Source: Escherichia phage vB_Eco_BCPEco_001. From it: a stretch of 64,000 bases of DNA. Made by a program: the position numbers and the translations under genes. This document shows, in pieces, positions 52,090 through 64,000 of this stretch. A model generated the notes under the pieces. It was not told where the DNA came from, searched no databases, and saw only the letters and a program-made list of their open reading frames with translations. How positions within the stretch are numbered: position 1 is the first letter of the stretch; each line of letters begins with the position of its first letter. The stretch lies in the sequence record PV295200.1; one strand, written 5' to 3'.

Positions 52090-52592
52090 GTACCTTTAAC
52101 TTCCATAAGAATATGGAAATTATGGAAGGTAATGCAAAGATTATGAAGTTCATTGCACGTGATGAGCAGCTTCATCTTAAAGGCACCCAATATATTATTC
52201 GTCAGCTTCAATCCGGTACTGATGGCGATGAATGGGTTAAAATTGCTCAAGAGTGTGAACAAGAAGCAGTTGATATTTTCATGGAAGTTAACCGCCAAGA
52301 AAAAGATTGGGCAGTTCATTTATTTAAAGATGGAGATGTTCCTGGATTAAATACAAATAGCATGTGGAGCTTTATTGATTACTTAACTGTATCTCGTATG
52401 AAGCAGTGTGGTCTTCCATGCCCAATTACCGATGCTCCGGTTAAACATCCATATCCTTGGATTCGTGAATATCTTAATTCTGATAATGTTCAATCTGCGC
52501 CACAAGAAGTAGAATTGTCATCTTACCTTGTTGCACAGATTGATAATGATGTTGATGATAAAGTTATGATGAGTTTTAAAAAATACTTTTAA
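52090..52592 (+). CDS. nrdB: Ribonucleotide reductase small subunit, exon 2
   Basis: Continues (C)TFNFHKNMEIMEGNAKIM...; spliced product about 392 aa. Confidence 0.85.
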
Positions 52593-52619
52593 GGAGTGGG
52601 CCGCAAGGCCCATTTTATT

Positions 52620-52622
<3 letters not shown>
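52591..52622 (+). promoter_or_regulatory. SD - hairpin - AUG arrangement for denA
   Basis: AAGGAG, then GGGCC-GCAA-GGCCC hairpin, then ATTTTATT ATG; folding would bring SD to about 9 nt from AUG. Confidence 0.5.
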
Positions 52623-54207
<1,585 letters not shown>

Positions 54208-54210
54208 GCT

Positions 54211-54241
54211 GTTTACAAGTCCCTCATGTTGTGTTATAGTA
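54211..54241 (+). promoter_or_regulatory. T4-type early promoter upstream of alc
   Basis: GTTTAC ... TGTGTTATAGT embedded in inverted repeat TCATGTT/AACATGA. Confidence 0.55.
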
Positions 54242-54271
54242 GTCTTACTGACATAACATGAGGACTTTATG

Positions 54272-54775
54272 ATGGATTTACAACTTATTACTACTGAAAT
54301 GGTCGTTGAAGCATACGGTGATACTACAGATGGGATTTCTGTATTCAAAGGAAATCGTCGAGTTGGATATATCACCGATCTTAAGAAAGATTTAGCTAAG
54401 CAAGTCAAGCGGAAAACGACCATTAAAGAATATCGAAATCGTCGTCTTGAGCAAGCCCGTGATATGCTTCCTGATGCGGTTGAAGAGATGAAAGTCTTTT
54501 TAGAAAATCAACTTGCTAAGTATGATTGTGAAGTGTTCATTAATCAGACTCAACCTAATGTTCATATCAATAGTTGTAAATGCTATATCATCGTTAATCC
54601 TTTGACTGGAAAGCATCGTCTTGGAATTAGTAATCCAAATCGTAGTGCATCGGATATGGCAGAAGATGTTGAGGCATGCTTTAAAATTTCTAAATCTCCA
54701 GCTGAACATCATATTTTAATTAACGGTCTTTCTCAAGACGATATTGTAGAGGTTATTAAAACTTTATGCATGTAA
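54272..54775 (+). CDS. alc: Alc, blocks elongation of transcription on cytosine-containing DNA
   Basis: 167 aa; position after gene 63. Confidence 0.6.
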   Translation: MDLQLITTEMVVEAYGDTTDGISVFKGNRRVGYITDLKKDLAKQVKRKTTIKEYRNRRLEQARDMLPDAVEEMKVFLENQLAKYDCEVFINQTQPNVHINSCKCYIIVNPLTGKHRLGISNPNRSASDMAEDVEACFKISKSPAEHHILINGLSQDDIVEVIKTLCM

Positions 54776-55119
54776 GTAATTTTACAGCTGGATTGCTATT
54801 ACTTGTAATAGCATTTGGCGGAACATCTATTATTTTAAAAAATAAGGTAGAAAGATTAGAAACATCAGTTACTGAAATTACAAAAACGGCCAATGAAAAC
54901 GCCTTAGCATTAAATAATTTGCGAATTCAGTATAATTATATTGATGCGATGAATAATAAAAATCGTGAGGCAATTGCTGCTATTGAGCGTGAAAATGAAA
55001 AACTGCGCAAAGATGCAAAGAAGGCGGATGTGGTGGCTCATAAGCCAGGATTGGTTGAAAAACAAATCAACAACTCCTTCAACAAGTTCGCAGAAGACAT
55101 CCAGGACCTTTCTAAATGA
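54766..55119 (+). CDS. Hypothetical protein (117 aa) with N-terminal TM and coiled coil, pseT.3 position
   Basis: ORF, coupled. Confidence 0.5.
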   Translation: MHVSNFTAGLLLLVIAFGGTSIILKNKVERLETSVTEITKTANENALALNNLRIQYNYIDAMNNKNREAIAAIERENEKLRKDAKKADVVAHKPGLVEKQINNSFNKFAEDIQDLSK

Positions 55120-55415
55120 TTAAACTATCAGCAGTAATATTATCTATTGGTCTTCTAGTTGGTTGTTCGACAAAGCCTCTAGAAGTAAAGAAAGAAACAG
55201 TTCATCCTAATTGGCCTGTGCAAATAAAGTCATATGATGAAGCTAAACTATCTTGGCAAGTTAAAGTTATCGATGGTAAAGCTTGGGTAGGTATGCCATT
55301 TGAAGATTCCCAGGAATTTCGTATTTGGCTTAATGATGTAAAACGATATGTACATGACCAAAAAACTATGATATGTTATTATCGTCAAGAGCTAAAAGAG
55401 GATAAATGTAAATGA
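55116..55415 (+). CDS. Putative lipoprotein (99 aa), pseT.2 position
   Basis: Signal peptide with lipobox LVGCS. Confidence 0.5.
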   Translation: MIKLSAVILSIGLLVGCSTKPLEVKKETVHPNWPVQIKSYDEAKLSWQVKVIDGKAWVGMPFEDSQEFRIWLNDVKRYVHDQKTMICYYRQELKEDKCK

Positions 55416-55638
55416 TTTCATGTCATCAATTTGAACATCTCAAAGGATTGATTTATGAATCTGAGATGGCTGCAATGATTTATGGACGCCAGATTCAACG
55501 ATTAGAATCTTTGCCTCCAACTAATGATGTTTTATTAGCTCAATCTCGGGCTAATCTTAAAAATGAATACCAAAATAAGTGGGGTAAAGCATCTAAAGAC
55601 CTGCATGATTATATTCAATCATTGGTTGAGAAAAATAA

Positions 55639-55642
<4 letters not shown>
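55412..55642 (+). CDS. Hypothetical protein (76 aa)
   Basis: ORF, coupled. Confidence 0.5.
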
Positions 55643-56864
<1,222 letters not shown>

Positions 56865-56928
56865 TGGCTTTGCACCATGAAACTTGGGATATTATTAATT
56901 GGCTTGAAGAAAATTATGTGAGGTAAAT

Positions 56929-57204
56929 ATGTTTCCGACTTACTCTAAAATCGTAGAAGTAGTGTTTAGCCAAATTATCGCTAATAATATGTTTGAAAAG
57001 CTTGATAACGCAGCCGAGCTTCGAATCCATGCTCAAGTGACTCATGTATTGAATACTTTGCTTCCAGACCAGGTGGATTCTGTTGCCATCACGTTGTATC
57101 CAGGTTCCGCGCATATCATTGTCGTATTTGGTCTTGATGCTGAGCTAGTCATCAAAGGCGATATTCGCTTTGAATCACAGACATCAGAATTCAAAGCAAT
57201 TTAA
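56929..57204 (+). CDS. Hypothetical protein (91 aa)
   Basis: ORF. Confidence 0.45.
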   Translation: MFPTYSKIVEVVFSQIIANNMFEKLDNAAELRIHAQVTHVLNTLLPDQVDSVAITLYPGSAHIIVVFGLDAELVIKGDIRFESQTSEFKAI

Positions 57205-57206
57205 TA

Positions 57207-57237
57207 GTTTACTTTACGGTAGAGTTGTGATATTATA
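57207..57237 (+). promoter_or_regulatory. T4-type early promoter; -10 in loop of inverted repeat GGTAGAG/CTCTACC
   Basis: GTTTAC ... TGTGATATTATAG. Confidence 0.6.
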
Positions 57238-57266
57238 GCTCTACCAAAACAAATGAGGAAATTGAA

Positions 57267-57797
57267 ATGAGCGAATGGTTTGAAGAAGATAAGGTTTATC
57301 GCTTTAAAGCTGGATATAAAGATATTTTTAATGAAACTTGCGGGGCTAATAAACGAATTGCCCAGTTTATTGGGGAAAATTCATTTAAAGTAAAAATTGA
57401 CCCTGCAAAGAATGTTATTAGCATTAAACGCGAAATTGATGACTGCTGGTATAAAGCTATTGATGTAATGGGCGAATCCTATAAAGATAGCCCGTTATTT
57501 TCAATTGCTTATATGTTAGAATATTCTTTTTTCGAAGAAGTTCAAAAAGATGATTCTGTCAGTAAATTTGAAATTAAAGCTGATAAAGAAATTAAGTGGA
57601 AAGTAGTAGGTATTACTGGTTGTATGTTTTATATCTATGCTCAAACTGATACGAAGGAAGAAGCTAAAAAGAAAGCTCTAGAATATCTTGAAGAGTATGA
57701 AGAAGGTCCGGTAATGATTACTCAAGATGCTGAATTAGTTTCTGTCAAATTAGTTAAAAACGTTGAAAGTAAGGAGCTGGGATCAACATGCTACTAA
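57267..57797 (+). CDS. Hypothetical protein (176 aa)
   Basis: ORF after early promoter. Confidence 0.5.
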   Translation: MSEWFEEDKVYRFKAGYKDIFNETCGANKRIAQFIGENSFKVKIDPAKNVISIKREIDDCWYKAIDVMGESYKDSPLFSIAYMLEYSFFEEVQKDDSVSKFEIKADKEIKWKVVGITGCMFYIYAQTDTKEEAKKKALEYLEEYEEGPVMITQDAELVSVKLVKNVESKELGSTCY

Positions 57798-58027
57798 GTG
57801 AAAAACCAATCACTGTTAAAGAATTCCAAGAAAAAGTTAAACTATTTGCACAGGAATTAGTAAATAAGGTTTCTGAACGATTTCCTGAAACATCGGTTCG
57901 TGTTATTACCGAAACTCCTCGTTCAGTATTAGTAATTGTGAATCCAGGTGATGGCGATCAAATATCGCATCTTAAACTGGATTTTGATGGATTAGTTGAA
58001 GCACAAAGGGTGTATGGCGTACTATGA
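57788..58027 (+). CDS. Hypothetical protein (79 aa)
   Basis: ORF, coupled. Confidence 0.45.
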   Translation: MLLSEKPITVKEFQEKVKLFAQELVNKVSERFPETSVRVITETPRSVLVIVNPGDGDQISHLKLDFDGLVEAQRVYGVL

Positions 58028-58362
58028 TGAATTTAACTGATATAATTGATAATTGTCTTGAAAATGATACTGGCGATCATAGAGCGCTTGATTCTGAAAC
58101 AGCAAAGTTCATTAGAATAACTTTAATGAATGATACTCTGGTGAATAGTATTCATCCTTCTGTGTATGATGCTATTATTGTGACGAAGTATCCAGTTGAG
58201 CTTCACAAAAAGATGACTGGCGCAGTTTTTATTGATAAGAAAAACCGCTTTAAAGATGGGCAGAATATAATTAGTTCTGTTATTAAAAGTATAACTAAAC
58301 TTCGTCACGAAATTTATCGTGTTGAAACTGCTAAATCTGCTTATCTGGTGATTATGAAATGA
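58024..58362 (+). CDS. Hypothetical protein (112 aa)
   Basis: ORF, coupled. Confidence 0.5.
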   Translation: MMNLTDIIDNCLENDTGDHRALDSETAKFIRITLMNDTLVNSIHPSVYDAIIVTKYPVELHKKMTGAVFIDKKNRFKDGQNIISSVIKSITKLRHEIYRVETAKSAYLVIMK

Positions 58363-58940
58363 AAGCGAGTACAGTACTTCAAATTGCATATTTAGTATCG
58401 CAGGAATCAAAATGTTGCTCCTGGAAGGTAGGAGCAGTAATTGAAAAGAATGGACGTATTATTTCTACTGGGTATAATGGTTCACCCGCAGGGGGTGTGA
58501 ACTGTTGTGATTATGCTGCTGAGCAAGGTTGGTTGTTGAATAAGCCTAAACATACTATCATTCAAGGTCATAAGCCTGAATTCGTATCATTTGGTTCAAC
58601 TGATCGTTTTGTCTTGGCGAAAGAACATCGTAATGCTCACTCAGAATGGTCATCTAAAAATGAAATTCATGCTGAACTAAATGCAATTTTGTTTGCTGCA
58701 CGAAATGGTTCTTCTATTGAAGGTGCTACTATGTATGTAACACTTTCTCCTTGTCCAGATTGTGCAAAAGCGATAGCTCAATCTGGAATTAAAAAACTGG
58801 TTTATTGCGAAACATATGATAAGAATAAACCTGGCTGGGATGATATTCTGCGAAATGCAGGTATTGAAGTGTTCAATGTTCCTAAGAAAAACTTGAATAA
58901 GTTAAACTGGGAAAATATCAACGAATTCTGTGGTGAATAA
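58359..58940 (+). CDS. cd: dCMP deaminase
   Basis: 193 aa; zinc-binding HAE ... PCPDC motifs. Confidence 0.9.
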   Translation: MKASTVLQIAYLVSQESKCCSWKVGAVIEKNGRIISTGYNGSPAGGVNCCDYAAEQGWLLNKPKHTIIQGHKPEFVSFGSTDRFVLAKEHRNAHSEWSSKNEIHAELNAILFAARNGSSIEGATMYVTLSPCPDCAKAIAQSGIKKLVYCETYDKNKPGWDDILRNAGIEVFNVPKKNLNKLNWENINEFCGE

Positions 58941-59176
58941 TGAAATTTCGTTTGGTAAAGCTCACAGCAATTAGTTCTTATTCTAACGAGAACATCTCAT
59001 TTGCTGTAGAGTATAAGAAATATTTTTTCTCTAAATGGAAACAGTATTATAAAACTGATTGGACTAGTATTGATAGACCATATAGTTGGAAATCTGATTT
59101 AGAAAAATGCCAAAAATTACTTTCCACCCTTAAAGAACGTGGAACAACTCATATTAAAACTGTAATAGGTAAATAA
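58940..59176 (+). CDS. Hypothetical protein (78 aa)
   Basis: ORF, coupled. Confidence 0.45.
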   Translation: MKFRLVKLTAISSYSNENISFAVEYKKYFFSKWKQYYKTDWTSIDRPYSWKSDLEKCQKLLSTLKERGTTHIKTVIGK

Positions 59177-59485
59177 ATGAAACTGACAACTGAGCAGAAA
59201 GTAGCAATTCGTGAAATTTTGAAAACTAAATTGTCCATGGGTGTTTCAAACATAGTTTTCGAAAAGTCTGATGGTACTATTCGTACTATGAAAGGTACTC
59301 GTGATGCAGACTTTATGCCAACCATGCAAACCGGTAAATTGACTGAATCTACTCGGAAAGAATCTACTGACATGATTCCAGTATTTGATGTTGAACTTGG
59401 TGCATGGCGAGGTTTTTCTATTGACAAATTAATTTCTGTTAATGGTATGAAAGTTGAGCATTTACTCCAATTTATTGGTAAATAA
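59177..59485 (+). CDS. Hypothetical protein (102 aa)
   Basis: ORF. Confidence 0.5.
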   Translation: MKLTTEQKVAIREILKTKLSMGVSNIVFEKSDGTIRTMKGTRDADFMPTMQTGKLTESTRKESTDMIPVFDVELGAWRGFSIDKLISVNGMKVEHLLQFIGK

Positions 59486-59541
59486 ATGCTTTAAGAATTA
59501 TTTGTTATTATTAATTCATCTGTTAACAAAAAGGAAAAACG

Positions 59542-59877
59542 ATGTCTGAAGTACAACAGCTACCAATTCGTGCTGTCGGTGAATATGTTATTTTAGTTTC
59601 TGAACCTGCACAAGCCGGTGATGAAGAAGTTACAGAATCAGGACTTATTATTGGTAAACGTGTTCAAGGTGAAGTTCCTGAACTGTGTGTAGTTCACTCT
59701 GTCGGTCCTGATGTTCCTGAAGGTTTCTGCGAAGTTGGCGATTTGACTTCTCTTCCAGTTGGTCAAATTCGAAATGTTCCGCATCCTTTTGTAGCTCTGG
59801 GTCTTAAGCAGCCAAAAGAAATTAAACAAAAATTCGTTACTTGTCACTATAAAGCTATTCCATGTCTTTATAAGTGA
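59542..59877 (+). CDS. 31: Co-chaperonin gp31 (GroES analogue for capsid folding)
   Basis: 111 aa, [24 protein letters not shown]... as T4 gp31. Confidence 0.9.
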
Positions 59878-59885
59878 TATAAATA
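59878..59885 (+). promoter_or_regulatory. Late-promoter motif TATAAATA upstream of rIII
   Basis: Exact TATAAATA right after gene 31 stop. Confidence 0.45.
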
Positions 59886-60025
59886 ATAATATGAATTAGG
59901 TGTCGGAATAATAAGTTAACCGAACAATTCTATGTGGTAGTCTACAACTGAGAGATCTGTCGAAAGAAGATGAAATTCAGAAGAACGTGACTACCGAGTT
60001 TTAATCTCTAACGAGAATTTTTTAA

Positions 60026-60274
60026 ATGATTAAACAATTACAACACGCTCTTGAACTGCAACGAAACGCATGGAATAATGGTCACGAAAACTATGGCGCA
60101 TCTATTGATGTTGAAGCCGAAGCTCTTGAAATCCTGCGTTATTTCAAACATCTGAATCCTGCTCAAACTGCATTAGCTGCTGAGCTTCAGGAAAAAGATG
60201 AACTTAAATATGCTAAGCCTTTGGCTTCTGCTGCACGAAAAGCAGTTCGTCACTTTGTGGTAACACTGAAGTAA
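60026..60274 (+). CDS. rIII: rIII lysis-inhibition accessory protein
   Basis: 82 aa; position after gene 31. Confidence 0.8.
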   Translation: MIKQLQHALELQRNAWNNGHENYGASIDVEAEALEILRYFKHLNPAQTALAAELQEKDELKYAKPLASAARKAVRHFVVTLK

Positions 60275-60393
60275 TTATGTTGACGAGGTTTATGGTTATC
60301 CTGTCGGTAAATATTCAAAACCTAAGTACCCCTTGAGGGCTTGCGCAGGCAATGCCAATAAGTCCTGCATTTTCATTTAAAAGAGAATTTATA

Positions 60394-60570
60394 ATGGCAA
60401 AACAAGCTAAAGCAAAGAAAGCAGTTGAAAAGAAAGTTGGTGATTCTAAACGCGCTGGTTACAAGCGTGGGTCTAACTCTCGTATCAATCAAACTGTTGA
60501 GAAGATCATGCGCCGAGCACGTGCGGTTCTTCGAGATGATGCTTCTCGTTTTGGTAAGCAGAAAGCATAA
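60394..60570 (+). CDS. Small basic protein (58 aa)
   Basis: Lys/Arg-rich; ATG 60394. Confidence 0.45.
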   Translation: MAKQAKAKKAVEKKVGDSKRAGYKRGSNSRINQTVEKIMRRARAVLRDDASRFGKQKA

Positions 60571-60575
60571 GTTGA

Positions 60576-60599
60576 GGACTCCTTCGGGAGTCCTTTTTT
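60576..60599 (+). terminator. Intrinsic terminator with UUCG tetraloop (exact copy of 6116-6139)
   Basis: GGACTCC-TTCG-GGAGTCC then TTTTTT. Confidence 0.7.
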
Positions 60600-60623
60600 A
60601 TTTTCCAAAGATTGCACAAAGTT

Positions 60624-60657
60624 GTTTACAGTACGATTTCTTTGTGATAGTATTATC
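60624..60657 (+). promoter_or_regulatory. T4-type early promoter for 30.x block
   Basis: GTTTAC ... TGTGATAGTATTAT. Confidence 0.6.
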
Positions 60658-60705
60658 TTATACAAACAAAAGAAAAGGGCTTCGGCCCCTATTGAGGAAA
60701 ATGTT

Positions 60706-60993
60706 ATGTTTATGACTACTTATTTTGATACCCGCAAAAATTTCTGTGAAGTGGTTTTCTCAAAGGCACCTAAAGACCTTCCTGCACATTTGCAACCTAC
60801 TAGCGAATCGATTAAAAACTACGTTGATGTGGTTTGTCCTTTAGAGTTTCGTACTGTAAATGGGCGCGATACTTTAGCTATCACTAAACTCAATCGCGAA
60901 ATTGACATTGACCCTTTAATTGCGCGCGAAATTAATAGTTCTGATATTAATGGCGGTAACGTTAAATCGCACGGTTTTCAGATGAGGTTCTAA
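60706..60993 (+). CDS. Hypothetical protein (95 aa)
   Basis: RBS GAGGA; after promoter and UUCG hairpin. Confidence 0.5.
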   Translation: MFMTTYFDTRKNFCEVVFSKAPKDLPAHLQPTSESIKNYVDVVCPLEFRTVNGRDTLAITKLNREIDIDPLIAREINSSDINGGNVKSHGFQMRF

Positions 60994-61190
60994 TGAAATT
61001 CTTTTTAGGTCAAACTGTTGAATTAAAGGGAGTTGGTATACCTGGATTAATTTCTAAGGTTCTACCTCCATTTAAATGGAGTGGTATTCAAATAAAAGAG
61101 GCTTATATTGTTTCCTGGGTAGATGGAAATGAAGACCTTCGTATGGGTGATGAATTATCTCCTATTTACGGATTAAAGGAATTAGTATGA
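60993..61190 (+). CDS. Hypothetical protein (65 aa)
   Basis: ORF, coupled. Confidence 0.45.
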   Translation: MKFFLGQTVELKGVGIPGLISKVLPPFKWSGIQIKEAYIVSWVDGNEDLRMGDELSPIYGLKELV

Positions 61191-61393
61191 ATATAATTAA
61201 TAAGATTTTTGGAATTCAGTACATTAAGGTTACATATAAAGTAACAGATAAAAATCCGTATACCGATGAACACGAAGAACCACAAGTTAAGTCTATTATA
61301 TTAGAAAAAGGCAGTGACTGGCCAGTTGAATTTCGTCTTCCTTGCTATGGTCATTGGGCTGATGTTGAAATTATAAGCATTGAAAATGTCTGA
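61187..61393 (+). CDS. Hypothetical protein (68 aa)
   Basis: ORF, coupled. Confidence 0.45.
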   Translation: MNIINKIFGIQYIKVTYKVTDKNPYTDEHEEPQVKSIILEKGSDWPVEFRLPCYGHWADVEIISIENV

Positions 61394-61844
61394 GTTAGAG
61401 ATTAGAAGCAATTTTAGGTGGCCATCATGCGCATTAAGTAATTTCGCCCATTGGCCTTTCGTCATGGATGGTATTCAATTTGGAGGTCTCGAAGGATTCC
61501 TCCAAGGATGTAAGGTGAAAAATGTTGAACAACAACGTCGTATATTTGGGTTATCCGGGCTTGCCGCCCAACAAGCTGGAAGGTCTTATGCTAGAGCTCA
61601 GGACCGTGGGACCCTCTTCTGGCTTGGAGTTCCGTTTTCAAGATACTCCCCGGCGTGGAAAGAATTATACACAAATGCATATTTTGAAGCAGCGATCCAA
61701 AACAAGGGCTTTCGTGATGCATTACAAGCCTCGAAAGGAAAAGTTTTGAAGCATAGCATGGCTAGTGGTCTAACAAAAGATGATACAATACTAACCGAAG
61801 CTGAATTTATTGATGTGTTAAACCTATTAAGAGACTCTCTATGA
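61380..61844 (+). CDS. NADAR/YbiA-like protein candidate (154 aa), GC-rich
   Basis: Motif LSNFAHWPFVMDGIQFGGLEGFLQGCK resembling NADAR; local GC about 45-50 percent versus about 35 percent around it. Confidence 0.5.
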   Translation: MKMSELEIRSNFRWPSCALSNFAHWPFVMDGIQFGGLEGFLQGCKVKNVEQQRRIFGLSGLAAQQAGRSYARAQDRGTLFWLGVPFSRYSPAWKELYTNAYFEAAIQNKGFRDALQASKGKVLKHSMASGLTKDDTILTEAEFIDVLNLLRDSL

Positions 61845-62677
61845 AGCCTACTATTTTAACTGATATTGATGGAGTATGTTTAAGCTGGCAATCAGGCCTT
61901 CCTTATTTTGCTCAGAAATATAATCTTCCGTTAGAACATATTTTAAAAATGATCCAAGATGAAAAATTTATTTCACCTGGTAAACTCTTTAATTGTGATG
62001 AAGAACTTGGCGTTAAGCTAATTGAAAAATACAATCGATCAGATTTTATTCGTTACTTGTCTCCATATAAAGATGCTCTGTGTGTAATTAACAAATTAAA
62101 AGAAGATTATAATTTTGTAGCTGTTACAGCATTGGGTGATTCTATTGACGCTCTGTTGAATCGTCAATTTAATTTGAATGCTCTTTTTCCTGGTGCCTTC
62201 TCAGAAGTAATGATGTGTGGTCATGATTCTTCAAAAGAAGAGTTGTTCAAAAAGGCAAAAGAGAAATATAACGTAATTTGTTATATTGACGATCTCGCTC
62301 ACCACTGCGATCATGCGAGTGAAATATTACGTGTTCCTGTGTATTGGATGGCTCGAGGGGAACGTGACAGTATTCCAAAAACTGCTCAGCGAGTTTATAC
62401 ATGGAATGATGTAGAAAATAAGCTTTTTTCACCGAAGGAAAATAAAGAAAGTTTTGATAGTGAAAAAGCTATAAAAGATGCAATCGAGAAGATGATTAAA
62501 AACGATTCTTTTCCTTGGAACACTACCTGGAGAACTCCTGGATTTAATCCTTATAATCTATATCATCCATATCAGACGCATCCGTTTCAGACATGGAACT
62601 ATATTAAACCTGGCGGCATAGAGTATTTGTATAATAGACCTACTTGTGGTGATAATATTTTCCAAGGAGCATTCTAA
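61841..62677 (+). CDS. HAD-superfamily hydrolase-like protein (278 aa)
   Basis: Motif I LTDIDGV and motif IV YIDDLAHHCD. Confidence 0.5.
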   Translation: MKPTILTDIDGVCLSWQSGLPYFAQKYNLPLEHILKMIQDEKFISPGKLFNCDEELGVKLIEKYNRSDFIRYLSPYKDALCVINKLKEDYNFVAVTALGDSIDALLNRQFNLNALFPGAFSEVMMCGHDSSKEELFKKAKEKYNVICYIDDLAHHCDHASEILRVPVYWMARGERDSIPKTAQRVYTWNDVENKLFSPKENKESFDSEKAIKDAIEKMIKNDSFPWNTTWRTPGFNPYNLYHPYQTHPFQTWNYIKPGGIEYLYNRPTCGDNIFQGAF

Positions 62678-62946
62678 TGTTTGTTGTTCACACTATTTAT
62701 GAAAATGAAGGTAATACTACACGTGATTACGGTCACGTAAATCAATTTTTTAGATGCAATCCAGAATTCCGAGCTCAAAAAGACGAACGAATTTTTAAAA
62801 AATGTGTAGAGCAAGGTTTCATTTACGTCAAGCATTGGATGCAAGGAAATAAAGTTAGAACCACGTACCACAGGTCTTTGACTGAGCTTAATGATGAATT
62901 GATTTATAATAGAGCTGTAAACCAAACTCTAAAGGATGAACAATGA
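62677..62946 (+). CDS. Hypothetical protein (89 aa)
   Basis: ORF, coupled to ligase start. Confidence 0.45.
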   Translation: MFVVHTIYENEGNTTRDYGHVNQFFRCNPEFRAQKDERIFKKCVEQGFIYVKHWMQGNKVRTTYHRSLTELNDELIYNRAVNQTLKDEQ

Positions 62947-64000
62947 TTCTTAAAATTCTGAACGAAATAGCATCTATTGGTTCAACTAAACAGAAGCAAG
63001 CAATTCTTGAAAAGAATAAAGATAATGAATTGCTTAAACGAGTATATCGTCTGACTTATTCTCGTGGGTTGCAGTATTATATCAAGAAATGGCCTAAACC
63101 TGGTATTGCTACCCAGAGTTTTGGAATGTTGACTCTTACCGATATGCTTGACTTCATTGAATTCACATTAGCTACTCGGAAATTGACTGGAAATGCGGCA
63201 ATTGAAGAATTAACTGGATATATCACCGATGGTAAAAAAGATGATGTTGAAGTTTTGCGTCGAGTGATGATGCGAGACCTTGAATGTGGTGCTTCAGTAT
63301 CTATTGCAAACAAAGTTTGGCCAGGTTTAATTCCTGAACAACCTCAAATGCTTGCAAGTTCTTATGATGAAAAAGGCATTAATAAGAATATCAAATTTCC
63401 AGCTTTTGCCCAGTTAAAAGCTGATGGAGCTCGGTGCTTTGCCGAAGTCAGAGGTGATGAATTAGATGATGTTCGTCTTTTATCACGAGCCGGTAATGAA
63501 TATCTAGGATTAGATCTTCTTAAGGAAGAGTTAATCAAAATGACCGCTGAAGCCCGCCAGATTCATCCAGAAGGTGTGTTGATTGATGGCGAATTGGTAT
63601 ACCATGAGCAAGTTAAAAAGGAGCCAGAAGGCCTAGATTTTCTTTTTGATGCTCATCCTGAAAACAGTAAAGTTAAAGAATTCGCCGAAGTAGCTGAATC
63701 ACGTACTGCATCTAATGGAATCGCCAATAAATCTTTAAAGGGAACTATTTCAGAAAAAGAAGCACAATGCATGAAGTTTCAGGTCTGGGATTATGTCCCG
63801 TTGGTAGAAATATATGGTCTTCCAGCATTTCGTTTGAAGTATGATGTACGTTTTTCTAAACTAGAACAAATGACATCAGGCTATGATAAAGTAATTTTAA
63901 TTGAAAACCAGGTAGTAAATAACCTAGATGAAGCTAAGGTAATTTATAAAAAGTATATTGACCAAGGTCTTGAAGGTATTATTCTCAAAAATATCGATGG
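62943..64000 (+). CDS. 30: ATP-dependent DNA ligase gp30, 3'-truncated by window edge
   Basis: MILKILNEIASIGSTKQKQAILEKN...; adenylation motif KADGAR. Confidence 0.92.
   Translation, partial: MILKILNEIASIGSTKQKQAILEKNKDNELLKRVYRLTYSRGLQYYIKKWPKPGIATQSFGMLTLTDMLDFIEFTLATRKLTGNAAIEELTGYITDGKKDDVEVLRRVMMRDLECGASVSIANKVWPGLIPEQPQMLASSYDEKGINKNIKFPAFAQLKADGARCFAEVRGDELDDVRLLSRAGNEYLGLDLLKEELIKMTAEARQIHPEGVLIDGELVYHEQVKKEPEGLDFLFDAHPENSKVKEFAEVAESRTASNGIANKSLKGTISEKEAQCMKFQVWDYVPLVEIYGLPAFRLKYDVRFSKLEQMTSGYDKVILIENQVVNNLDEAKVIYKKYIDQGLEGIILKNID

Noticed and set aside
52059-52592. 177-aa TTG-initiated ORF, and 47136-47450 ORF, as independent genes
   Set aside because: They are exon 2 of nrdB and exon 2 of td; they join in frame to exon 1 after removal of the group I introns.

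Overview
This window is a contiguous piece of a T4-like (T-even, Tequatrovirus-type) coliphage genome, with the + strand running in the direction of early transcription. All calls are from reading the sequence and recalling T4 biology; no searches were run. Gene order: 3' part of helicase gene 41, dmd, 61.4, sp, 61.2, 61.1, primase 61, dam, 56, soc, modB, modA, srd, dda, dexA, topoisomerase 39, rIIA, rIIB, denB, ndd, stp, ac, 52, motA, arn, asiA; then a minus-strand late block (holin t, tail-fibre genes 38, 37, 36, 35, 34); then rnh, dsbA, 33, 59, 32, frd, td (group I intron with I-TevI), nrdA, nrdB (group I intron with full-length I-TevIII), denA, rnlA (63), alc, pseT, cd, 31, rIII, a 30.x block and the 5' part of ligase gene 30. 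Many T4-type early promoters (GTTTAC, about 17 bp, TATAAT-like), some late promoters (TATAAATA) and UUCG-loop terminators are visible. It is not the T4 reference: gene 39 is uninterrupted (no gene 60 bypass or mobA), the nrdB intron ORF is intact, gp38 is the T2-type glycine-rich adhesin, and 56 abuts soc. The most interesting candidates for undescribed biology are (1) a convergent small membrane ORF plus a 186-aa protein with a nuclease-like D...ExK motif that is start/stop-overlapped with dam, (2) a 417-bp ORF-carrying insertion between frd and td, and (3) a GC-rich NADAR-like ORF in the 30.x block. Whether (1) and (2) are absent from T4 rests on my memory of the T4 map and needs an alignment.
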